Positions 1 to 11,175 of a stretch of DNA of 64,000 nt are shown here, piece after piece. The first letter of the stretch is position 1, and every line of letters starts with the position of its first letter. A program made the translations under genes and the position numbers. The stretch is from Dicyema japonicum. Lineage: Eukaryota; Animalia; Dicyemida. The notes beneath the pieces were generated by a model. That model did no database searches. It was not told where the DNA came from and saw only the letters and a list, made by a program, of their open reading frames with translations. The stretch covers positions 1-64,000 of the forward strand of contig RDEW01000063.1 in the NCBI GenBank assembly GCA_011109175.1, read 5' to 3'.

Positions 1-479
1 CTGAAACGTTTTCTCCTGTGAATGCACAAGAATAGTCACGAGGGATCCACGTGAGACTGGATGGCTTTAAAAGCGTATCTCTATAGCAATTGTCAAGGAA
101 ACACCATGGTTCAAGCTTAATTAAGCGCTTTTAACAGTTGAATATTAAAAAATTATTAAATTTAAAAATCAAAAATAAATTTATTTGAATATTTTAAAAT
201 TAAAATCTTTGGCGGAGAGCATGGAATATTCCGCAAAAAAACAATTCTATTATTTGCTTATCAAAATTAAATTAATTTGTGTAGTGAGTCATATGTAATA
301 AACCCTTTTTTAGCTAGAAATAAAATAGAATAAACTTAAAAAATACATGCAACTCTAACGATTTCAGATCAAATAAAGTACTAAAAGCAAGTTTAATGGC
401 GATTTTTAAATCACTGAACGAACTTTAAGGCTATAACTAAGAGGAACATATTTACGAGAGCTATAATTTGCTTTCTAGC

Positions 480-1450
480 AACTTCGTATTAGATCCAATA
501 AATAGTCCGTCTTTATCCACCAAACTACCTGAAAGGTTATCGGTCGATAATCTGCAGCAGACTGGGGGTTGTCCAGCTTTGGGATCAAATAAGTTGTCCC
601 TGTGCATGCCCAATCAGGAATCGTTTCCGGGTTAGTGATGCTTTCTGTAATACACGACACATAGACTCGTGTAATGAAGTGCATCTTTTGATAAAGAAAT
701 TATAAACTTTATCGACCCCGGTCGTTTTCCAATCAGGGAGATGTCTCACTAGCGCCTCAAATTTCTTGCGAAAATCGAAAATTCCGCAAGATTCCGCCAA
801 GAAAGGAGCGGCGCTGTACGGGACATTTTACGCATTTCCTCTGCGTGGTTTAGCCTCCCACATACTACCCCATGAAGAATCTTGCGGGTAAATCTACGGT
901 CCTCAAGCGGGACATCTGCCGCTGCAGCGAGATTCCGCGCAAAGACCTCATAAACATGCTTGAGCTGCAACGTATCACAACTCTGGTGCTCGTGCTCTCT
1001 TTGACAGTTGTGGTCACCTGGTCCCCGCCCCTTTAGACCAGTACCCTCTTTGCCTACAGCTATCTTCTTGAGTTCACTCACAGATATAGCAGTACTGAAT
1101 CTGCCACTGCAGAGCTCCGCCAAGTATGGCCATCCATTCCAGGGCATTCGAGATAGCCTGCTACGTACCTGCAGGACTACCTGCCTCGCCCATTCTTTTG
1201 GGTGCCACAACGCTCTCGGATATGGAAAGAATTACATCATACCATCAGGTAACGCAAGTGACCCTTCTCCTTTGTTCCTTTCAACATTTTTGCCAACTCG
1301 AGAGAGTTTTAACGCCACCGAATCGAACGCACGTTGCATAATTATGTTGCATAATTATCAAAATGGATGTGGTTGAAAAGTCAATTTCTTTCACGATATG
1401 AAGGAAATCCGCTTGATCAGGCATTCCTATTATCTGGATCCGTTTTGTGT
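480..1450 (-). mobile_element. Degenerate REL-group (R4/NeSL-like) non-LTR retrotransposon fragment, N-terminal RT region
   Basis: Frameshifted peptides PDWKTTGVDKVYNFFIK and TGTTYLIPKLDNPQSAADYRPIT match the pre-RT and RT domain 1-2 motifs of such elements. Confidence 0.7.
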
Positions 1451-1544
1451 AATAAGCAAAATAATGGCACGCCAAGGAAATCGAATTGAGTCCTAGAATC
1501 CACGATATATAAGATGCGGAAATATCATTAAATAATATATATTA

Positions 1545-2549
1545 ATGTTATGCCGTTTTAATTTTATATTCACAATGATAGATTTAATGAAAAAACGTAT
1601 AGTAGCAGTCATTGCAGTACATATTTTTGAAGTTTTAGCTCAGGTGATTTCACTACTCATTATCCTGGTCTTCAAGATGTACTCTATAGATAATTTGATA
1701 AAGAAAAACACCGATATTGTGATAGTGGTAATCTCGGGTAACTTTAATTTATCTATTAGAACCTAAAAATCAAGCAAGAAGGCAGGTGATTAGAGACACG
1801 TGGGGTAATAAGAAAACAATGAAGGAATTTAATGCAACGTTAGTATTTTTCATGGGACGCTATAAAACTGGACGACCTTCTTATCTGGCTGAAGAATCAA
1901 AACTTCATGGAGATCTTATATTCGCAGACTTTTACGAATCTTACTTCAATTTGAGCATCAAAAGCATTGAGGCTCTCAAGTTGGTTTTTATTAATAAAAT
2001 AAGATGGGCTTTTATAACTTTCACGAATTTTAATTTTTTTGTTAAAGTCGATGACGACGTCCTCTTCAACATTGAAGAATTGACATTAAGGATTTCTCAG
2101 TTTGGAAACCGCATCAAACAAAATGGCCGTTTTTTGTTTGGGTTTTTGTTTAAGGATAGTAAGCCGATAAGGGACAATTCAAAATGGTAACTTCAAATTT
2201 AAATTCCAAGGGAAATTTCCTACGATGAGTATCCTTTAGATGATTATCCTCCATATTGTTCCGGCACGTGCTATGTTATGACAAGGGCAGCAGTAGATGC
2301 TATAGTTGAAGTTTGTAAAAATAAAAAATTAATACATTTGGAAGATGTCGCAATTACAGGTAAAAATTAAATAACTCTTAAGGAATTTGTGGAGAGGAAG
2401 TTCAAGTCATAAAATATAATGTCAAGGGATTTATTATCACTCAGAATTCTGAGAACATTTGCCTCACTAAAAACGCAGTCTCTCACCATCTTGATAAATC
2501 CCCTGATAAAATGAGAGAGTTTTACTATCAACAAAAAAACAATTGTTGA
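1545..2549 (+). CDS. Beta-1,3-galactosyltransferase (GT31 family), type II membrane protein, at least 4 exons
   Basis: Removing GT-AG introns 1738-1759 (22 nt), 2187-2210 (24 nt) and 2360-2382 (23 nt) gives one frame with RRQVIRDTWG, FVKVDDD, YPPYCSGTCYVM and LEDVAITGI; ends TGA at 2547-2549; start codon uncertain. Confidence 0.9.
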
Positions 2550-3329
2550 AAACTAATAAATGAGATTTTCGTTTTTATCATTCATTCCTCAGTTATCTCT
2601 TTTCGAACAAAAATAATAAAATTTAATCACGTCTATCAAAATGGAAATAAATTTAATTTGAAAATAAACTTCCACAATTTTATAAATTAGTAATTATCTT
2701 TGGTTGAAAAATCAATTCCTGAATAAAAAATCTTTTGTGGTGTAGGGCATGTCTTTTTGAACAAACAATTTGAAACATATTCTACGGGCCTTCCTGCTGA
2801 CATGGAAACTGAAAACACGGACGAAGTAGGAATGGCTCGGGAACTATAATGTCAGGAGATTATTTTGGATGCTACCTTTAGCACAAAACGCAAGCTCTGA
2901 AATCCATGGCTGATGCTGTTGAGTAGAGTGGCCAGCGAGGTTGTCAGACTTTTTCGTCAGAGATTTAATCGTATTCCGAGGAATGGATAGTCCATTATAA
3001 CGGATACTTTCAATGAAAAGTTTGGAACCTCGAAGTCTATCTCCGATATCAAAAACTTTCAAGAGTGTCCTGTACAAAGAATTCTATCAAGAGTGATTCT
3101 TGTGGTTGTCCTTCTCACAGAATTATGAAATATCCAATTTAAGAAATTGTCTTTAGGAATTTAATCCAAATTGGGAGAGTTCAAATCTTCCTCGAACTAA
3201 TCGTCTTGCCACTAAGAAGATTCCTTACAAACTTTTGGATAAAAAGCTATTATTTGGAATGAATCTTGCAATTCTAGAAAATTTGAAATCCTATGAACTT
3301 GGATGAAATTTCAAAGAAACCGAAGACTC

Positions 3330-3610
3330 AATCAGTCCAATCAATGTCACAACTGAGAATGTTGAGATCCGAGTCGATACGACGCTAATGACGGATCTAA
3401 AAGTACAGCATAATAAGCCGGACATATTTTTTTGATAAAAGGACAAGTGAGATTACTTTAGTAGAGGTTGGAATCATTTCTCAGGAGATGCTGAAGGTGG
3501 TTAAGTAGAAAAACATCATAAATAGGACTCCTCGCTGGAGAGTTGTCTCAAATATACAATGCGAAAGTTAAAACTATTATGAATTTTGTCTAGGAGATGA
3601 AGGTTCGACC
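3330..3610 (+). mobile_element. Restriction-like endonuclease (REL) C-terminal fragment of an R4/NeSL-type retrotransposon
   Basis: TDLKVQHNKPDIF followed by VEVG-like and ELSQIYNAKVKTI segments, broken by frameshifts. Confidence 0.6.
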
Positions 3611-3970
3611 TATAATTTTATTATTGCAATAAGTGTAGATTAATTTGCTTTGCCTTCTAGCAACTTCGTATTAAATCCAATGAATAGTCCGTCTTTATCC
3701 ACCAAACTACCTGAAAAGTAAAATTTTCATATTTGAAATAAACTTTACTCCAATTTTGAAAGTTCAAATCCTCCCTACCACAAAGTTGGGGAACTATGAT
3801 AACAAGTCTGTTTAGAGACAAACAAGGGAATTATTAGTTAGATAGTGTTTGTGGAATGTTCCTCCAAAAATGCTACTATTCATACGATCAACGCAAAAAT
3901 AACGAATGATATTACCAACAACAAACATTTGACAAATTACTATCATTTAAAAAAGATTTTCCAGTCTGAC

Positions 3971-4639
3971 CTATTTTATTTCCTCAATTTTTCCCTTGGT
4001 AGAGTCGACATTCAACACTGAAACGAATACAAAAATTACTTCTGATATTAAGTCCAAACCGCTTTCTAGACGCCTCAGCAAATAAAACGTTAAAGGCCAA
4101 TTGGACAGCATAAGTAGTACTGTTCGGCTGATACCTTGTAACACTAAATTAATGGGACATGCTTACCGGTTAGATAACTTTTTCGTGATCATGGTTCTGT
4201 TATAGCCGATGCAAGCCACATATTTTATACCCGATCTTCCTTGGTTGTCTATCTTCATCAAATTAACCTTCATGTTGAGATTAAGGCCGATGACTATGAC
4301 CTCCTAAAACAGATTATATTCACTAAAACTGTCATCAATGTTCGAACTTTCATATAAGCTGCAAGTTTATACACAAAATAGGATACTGATAGTATACTGT
4401 CACGTGTCTGAAATGTTCGCTATTTATTGGTAAAACAGAAACTTTCTTATGTGTATTGATTTATGGAATAAATTGATAATTTCAGCTTCCATCCCGGCCA
4501 TTCCAACTGCTAGAGATTCGGTGATTTGAAACATTCTGCAGCAAGGATCACTCCAAAAAATATTACTGACTCCAACAGAATCAGAAGCAATCATTGCGCA
4601 ATCGGAATAAATAAATGCAATAATCGCGTTAGTACTCAT
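3971..4639 (-). CDS. Divergent 20S proteasome beta subunit (beta3/beta4-like); exon junctions only partly resolved
   Basis: AIIAFIYSDCAMIASD, GMAGMEAE, TEVIVIGLN, ACIGY and KRFGLN align by eye with proteasome beta motifs; 22-26 nt GT-AG introns present, but two junctions do not keep frame. Confidence 0.65.
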
Positions 4640-4696
4640 TCCTAAAAATTGTGTAATTTATCTTTTCATAATTTTATTTTTCTTAGTGGTTAACCA

Positions 4697-4700
<4 letters not shown>

Positions 4701-4732
<32 letters not shown>

Positions 4733-5043
4733 TTAAACAAATATCAGTTGAGGAAGCCTGCTGCGTGGATTGCGAACAGAGTTCCCTCGGAGTATGGCTA
4801 TTCCAATCTTTTGTCTTAGCCATAGCCCTTCTCGTTGATCCCTTTTCTTTTTGGCAAGCAATCCTCCGAGTTCTTGCAAGAATTCAGCCGTCATTGGACC
4901 AACGGCTCCCGATGATTCGGTCGCAACAGGAGTAAATCGGTAGCGATCCCCGAGGCAAGAATATTTCTTGATTTTTAGGTTTTCCGCGGTCGAAGCAGCT
5001 GCTCCAGGTGTCTGAAACAGATTTAAAAATGTTCGTGCTTGAA
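4701..5043 (-). mobile_element. CRE-clade non-LTR retrotransposon 3' end with poly(A) tail and 9-bp TSD
   Basis: Encodes PVATESSGAVGP...RQKIGIAILRGN (REL C-terminus); T-run at 4701-4727; AACCAATAT at 4692-4700 and 5044-5052. Confidence 0.85.
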
Positions 5044-5089
5044 AACCAATATAAAAAAAATGTTTTATATTTTTATATTAAAAAAAATT

Positions 5090-5520
5090 AAAAATTAAAT
5101 ATGATATGTTGTTGTATACGAACGAGGTCTGATTATCTCTTTCGATTCTTGAACCACTTTACTAGAAAAGTAAAATTTTTGAGGTCACCTAGCTTTCCAA
5201 GCACCCTACTTTGCCTTGAAAATTGCCCCTTATCCAAGAGAAATCCAACTTTCCTTGAAATGAAAAATCTAATTTAGCTAACCTCATCTGTTTGACTGTA
5301 AGTTTCAGAATTCTTTGACAATCTATTATACGGAAAAAGTTGAAAACATTATATTTCTTATTTACTACGTACAGACGTGTCTTTAGCTCACTTCGACAAT
5401 TGTTCTCATTACAGACTGTGACCGATTAATTATCGATCTTTAGGAGAAACCAATGTAGAATATTGGCCACACTAAATATCTGCAAGATTTCTTTGAAGAT
5501 TTTGTATTTTTGAAGGCCTA
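5090..5520 (-). pseudogene. Possible small intron-containing gene relic, product unknown
   Basis: Four intron-like GT..AG segments of 25-35 nt in series, but no stop-free frame across all of them. Confidence 0.25.
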
Positions 5521-5577
5521 CAAATCAGGACTTAATAGTCACTTAACACGTGGATATGTTTATTAGAGAAATTAATA

Positions 5578-5645
5578 CAGTAGATTTCTTAAATTGACCC
5601 AAAATTGTCCCTAAACTATTTGTGGTCAATTTGGGAATTTGGCCA
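5578..5645 (+). repeat. pogo/Tigger-type terminal inverted repeat remnant
   Basis: TA-CAGTAGATTTCTTAAATTGACCCAAAATTG... resembles the reverse complement of the pogo right end at 58250-58308. Confidence 0.5.
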
Positions 5646-5657
5646 ATTTGAGAATTT

Positions 5658-5992
5658 TTTTTTATTAATATAAGTTTTTTTTAACAATTAAATAAATGTC
5701 AGTTCAGGAAGCCTGCTGCGTGGATTGCGAACGAGTTCCCTCGGAGTATGGCTATTCCAATCTTTTGTCTTAGCCATAACCCTTCTCGTTGATCCTTTTT
5801 TTCTGGCAAGCAATCCTCCGAGTTCTTGCAAGAATTCAGCCGTCATTGGACCAACGGCTCCCGATGATTCGGTCGCAACAGGAGTAAATCGGTAGAGATC
5901 CCCGAGGCAAGAATATTTCTTGATTTTTACGTTCTCCGCAGTCGAAGCAGAAGCTCCAGGTGTCTGAACCAATTTGAAAATATTCGTGCTTG
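5658..5992 (-). mobile_element. CRE-clade 3' end, same family as 4701-5043, with 12-bp TSD
   Basis: Near-identical to 4701-5043; A-rich tail; ATTTGAGAATTT at 5646-5657 and 5993-6004. Confidence 0.85.
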
Positions 5993-7810
5993 ATTTGAGA
6001 ATTTGAAATAAAAATTATTTAAAAATTATTAAAGTAAAAAATTATTTTTTATCAAATCTGTTGTCAGTTATCATCGGTCTGTGTGGTCACGAAAAAAGTT
6101 GTTTCTTCCATTCAAGACTAGAAGCATCAAATACACGTAAATTAGAAAAAAAACCACCCCTCTTCAAATTTTAATGAAAGGTAATCGTCGTCGATACAGG
6201 AAAGCCATAGGCACTCTGGAGGAACATAAGAAAAACCTCTCGATCTTTTTGAGGTGTACCGGGATCACTTAATTAGTTGGTTTACTTTTTTTTTCTTAGT
6301 GTTCCCCTCTCCGGGTTATTAAATATTAAAAACAGTTATCATTTCCCCATATAATTTATGCATTCGAAAATCACGTCTTTTTTAAATCTTAAAGAAATCT
6401 TTTTGAGTTCTTGAAATCATTAAATGATAACTTTACAGAAATATTTTGTGCTTTAATTGATATTAGTGCATCATTTAACAAAGCAACTAATATAAAAAAT
6501 CAAAAATACCCTTAGGTTGTCTCAAATCCATCCATTCAACAAGCTTAGTATCAGGTTCATGAAACTTAACGATTTGCATATATTTGTTAAAGGAATGTAA
6601 TTTTAGATGTTTTTAACGTGGACTTCCGACTATCTTGAACGAAGACCTATCGGCAGTTGGTATGAGACTAACTTCGGAGGACGATCTAGACTACCTAAGA
6701 GAACTAGCGGCAACAGAGGATCATGGTCAAGGTTGACGAAGAAGATGATTAGGAATATGGCACAAGGGAAACTTAACTAATTTATGTTTTTCGGGAGTGC
6801 TTTTATAATAATATGGACTATCGGCGGGAATTAAGAAAATAATTAACTATTTTTCTTAAAATTCGAATATTATATAAATCAGATATTGTGAGCGATTGTT
6901 TGGCAAGATTTAGTAATATTCTCGTCTTTATATCTCAAAATTTCGAGTTTTACGCATTGTAAAATTGCAACAAAAAGCTTTCAAACACATGTTATAATTT
7001 TTAGTTTGAAATTTTGATTTTTTAATGAAAAAGGGAGTTAGGTAATCCCAGTTCCGCAATCAAACGAGTGCTTAACATGTGGAACAAAAGGAGCCATCAA
7101 CTTTCCCCACCACTTGAGGGTTCCCGTAACCTGTGTTAATCGCTTATTTCGATTAAGTTATTATTATTACCTCGAGGATCACTGGGTATAAAAGAAAGAA
7201 GTAAATGTTCTCAACTAACTAAGTGATCCCAGACCAACAATAAAGAATACGAGTCCGGCGTTGTCTAAAATCATGTAAAGCCCTTATTATTGGACATGGC
7301 ATCGGCTAAAACTTTAAACATGTTTGCAGATATTTCGATAGTATATGAAACAGGGGGCAGCTCGGTGACAGATCGCCTTTAAGAATTTTCGTTGTAATTC
7401 AATTAGAAGATTTTCAATATGTTGGATCTTGTGCTCTGGTCCAATCGATTTGAGGAGACTAATTAATAATAATAACAACACCAGAGACCACGATCACACA
7501 AACTAACTAATCACGTGATTCCAGCACGCTCTAACAAGGACCTCACCTTGGCCCGATGCTCCTCCCTCGTCCCCGCACAAGCACTTATCGGTCGAGTGAC
7601 TGGATCTTCGCAGTCACGACGGCGCGATCCGTGGTTCATTCTTATCAAGGCTTCAAGAGGCATTGGTGGCTGGAGATCCGTGACTTTGGAGGCTCTTCTC
7701 CGGCTACCTCGATCTTCAAGACAGAAGGAATCCTTGGGAAACCCCGTTAGGGAGAAGCCGTGAAGTAGACCTTGACTGGCCAATGCAGACGCGTCCCCTC
7801 CGACCACTAA

Positions 7811-9740
7811 GGAAGTTAGCTAGCTAGAGTTTGAGCTTTCCAGGTATCTTTGTTTGATAAATTTTCCAAATAAGAATCCGCCTTGACACAGAGTCGAAAG
7901 CTTTGTGGACGTCTATAGAGCAAAGTACAGTCTTTATGTGTCCCGGTCTGTGAGAGAAACCATATCGTATAAAGTTAGTCAATGCAGATAAGTGGGTCAA
8001 AGTAGACCTCTCCTTTTTAAAACCATGTTGAAATGACAAATCCGGGAGGAAATATTTGATTTTCGCAAGAAGCAGCCTTTCCAGAATTTTCGACACCGAA
8101 CACAATAATGCGACCGGTCTGTATGAAGCTGGGTCCTTCTTCAATTTACCGGGTTTCAAAATTGGACGTAGGTGGGCCAGCTTCTATAATGCTGGAATAC
8201 AATTTTTGTTAATGGAGTGACTGAATATCTTTGTTAATTCAACGATTCCATACTCTCCCAGATTCTTTAAAAGATCATTGGGATTTTATCAGGTCCGTTA
8301 GAATATGTTGTTTTAATTGCTTTCAATGTATATCTCACGTCGTTTTTAGTGAAGTGAATCGTTTTCGGTTTTTTTCGGTTCACTGAGATATTTCGGGGGT
8401 ACATTTGACTTTTTATGATTTTTATGGAATATTTTCACATAGTATTTTATTAGGTTGTTTAAGTCCTTTTGGCTATGGTCCACATCGGACGATCTTTCAT
8501 CCCCTCTCGAGGCGTCTCGGATGGTCTTCCAAATTACAGTAGTGGGTCTATTTCTATTCAACGAGGAAAACACATGCTTCCATCTTGATATTTGTGCTCT
8601 TGCCTCCCTGTTTTATAATTCATTGTTCAAAGCCTTGAGTCTAGATTTATCGTCAGAAGTTAATCGGCCAGACTATTTGAGTTTGTTTTTTCCTTGGTTA
8701 ATGTCGACCTGCCATATCCCCTGGTGTATTTAGGTGGTGTTTAGGTACAGATAGTGATCTCGCGTCCAAGATAATGCTTTACATAAGCGACTACTTTGTC
8801 CATGGAAGTAATACCATCCAGGTGCTGCAGTAGATTGTCAGTGAGTGTACGGTAAAGTCTCCAATCTGCGCGTTGTAGTTAAATTATTTTAGGGATCTCA
8901 TCCTAGTTGACGTTTCTCTCTTGATCTCCAAAAGGATGGAATTATGGTCGCTTCTTGAGTTGTAAGTGACTGACCAAATCAATATTGCCGCCAGGTCGGG
9001 AAAACAAAACGTGATGTCTGGAGAAGTTAGTTTGTCTGACTCCTTACAAGGGGTTCTCGTATGTTTTGACGGGTCACTCATGACCGTGAAAGGCACTGTC
9101 TGCGAAAGTAGTACTTTTCCTCTTGATTCGGACGGTTGACTCGCCAGCCACATAGGGTGTATTGCGTTGACATCCCCGCCAATGATCACGTCGTTCAAAG
9201 AAGCCAAGGTAGATAAATTGGGCATATTGTAGTGCTTTGGGCAAGAACCAGGTGGGGATACATAGACGTTCAAAAGAATAATTTTTCCATTTGTTTCAAG
9301 TGAGACTGCATTGACTTCAGTAACATCGTCGTCTCCCAAGATATTCTCCACCACTGAAGTGATGTCCACACATTTAAGGTCTTTCCAATATAAAATGAGG
9401 AGGCCGCCACCCCGCTTCCTCTTTCGGTCAGTCCGTACTAACTCGTATCCAGGGTACATCGGGGTAAGACTGTTCGCAGGCAGTTTCGTCTCTTGTATTA
9501 AAGCCATGTCGATCTTCAGCTCAGCCAGGAGGGAGCACAGCTCCAACATCTTGCCTCTTACTCCATTGATATTTAGTTGAAGAACAGTGGTCCGTTTCGT
9601 GCGGTTGGCTAGGGGTTCTTTCCGGGTAGATGAGGATGATAGAGCATGCCGCCGGGGAGACAGTTTCCTCGGAGGTGGATGTCTAATGGTTCCTTTTAGA
9701 TGAGCATTAGGTGCTCTCTGGGCGTTACCAAATTTGACCT
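7811..9740 (-). mobile_element. Jockey/I-group LINE ORF2 remnant (APE plus partial RT)
   Basis: LQLNINGVRG, IQETKL, GGDVNA and SDH APE motifs (8884-9600); SYRPVALLCSVSKILE, QHGF and IDVHKAFDSV RT motifs (7824-8159). Confidence 0.85.
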
Positions 9741-10119
9741 CGATTTTGGAGAAAAAACCTCATTTTGATTCTCAGAACACCATCAGATTTTTGAACACTT
9801 GGTAGGAGTGGCGTAGAAATTGAGAAGATCCTATCAGATAAAAACCTCAATGTGAAAAAAATTAATTAATTTTAGCTGCCATAAAAAAATAATAATAAAA
9901 AATTGCCTTAATTACTAATTTTTGGATTTCAAAATGTCAAAGTTAGTCGCTCGCTTATTAAAAAAATTGGTAATCATCATATTGCTGACCCTTAAATTTA
10001 ATGACACATGCCATTACGGTTAAACAAAAGTAAACTTTACAATACTTGACCCTTTTACCTTTTTCTTAATTTGTTAAAATTAAAGACAAAAATTAACAGT
10101 TAAAAATCACTGGCTCTCT

Positions 10120-10240
10120 CGTAATCGAGAACGCATTTCCCCTTAAGATTTGCAAGAAATACGCTCAATTATCCAACTCTTTTATCATTTTCCTTTTCGA
10201 GATGAGCGATTTGATTCTGTTTAACAGGGTCAGTGATTTT
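10120..10240 (-). mobile_element. Short CRE-clade 3' fragment (family of 36225-36430)
   Basis: Similar to 46570-46700; encodes a degenerate IERISLQI.RGNAFSI. Confidence 0.6.
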
Positions 10241-11175
10241 TAAAGCGGCCTTGACTGACCATAATTACCAATGTAACCATAATGTCATGCGACATTTAAA
10301 CATTGCTCATAGATTACGCTTTAAGACTTTTAAGGCATCAAATCGGTAATTTGAAAACACAAAAAAGACTAGTTTGATACCTTTTCCACCCAATTCATCA
10401 AATACACGCAAAAATCAAAAGTTTTCTATCACTTCTATCATAAAATCAAAAGTTTTATAATGGAATGGTCCGAACATATGACTTTATTTTTGAAAAACGT
10501 GTGATGACGCTGACAGAGCTGCCACATGCTGAAGCCAGAGGCATTATCTCATCATAGAAATATTAGATCACAGATTTTTTCAATTATTTATCACAAATGC
10601 TACCTAACCTAAGGGAGCTATTGATTTTCACCACGTGGCAATATTACCAATATACCACATGCAATCATTTGTCTGTTAAGACTCTGAAGCAGAAGATGAC
10701 CTGAATAGGCACCTAGACTGATAATTTTAGAATTTTATGCTCATCGTGAACAAGCTCTGTTCATTTTGAGTATAATTTCCATCTCCAAGTGTAGGTTTCT
10801 CAAATCTTAATTTAGGTCGTCGGGATTCCAGTCAAATTGGTTTACCTTGTATTCTTATGTTCATAGTCTTTGATGCTATCCGAGTAGTCTTCTAGGACTG
10901 ATCTCCTCTAGGTTTGGTTGATTTCTAAGAATTTAGGTTTCCAGTTGTAATAGGTTTCATTTTTATTCGGAGATTGGTTCAATAAGAAAGTACTTAATTT
11001 CACTAACAATAGCTGATAGGCCGATGAAAAACTTGGATAAGCCTTTCTTGATGAAAACGAGAGATTTTCAAGTTCACTAACTTTTTAATAACAGCCAGAG
11101 AGAAGTAATGTTATTAGTAACCGAAATCAACAACAAAGATTAGAAGTGGATGATTAAAGACCCAATCTGAAATTA

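Noticed and set aside
476-545. About 65-bp repeat shared with 3655-3715
   Set aside because: Most likely a short piece of the adjacent R4-type retroelement family, with no independent structure
5120-5170. WFKNRKR suggesting a homeobox, and a faint TFIIA-gamma-like pattern in another frame
   Set aside because: The upstream homeodomain helices are absent and the TFIIA-gamma invariant residues do not match
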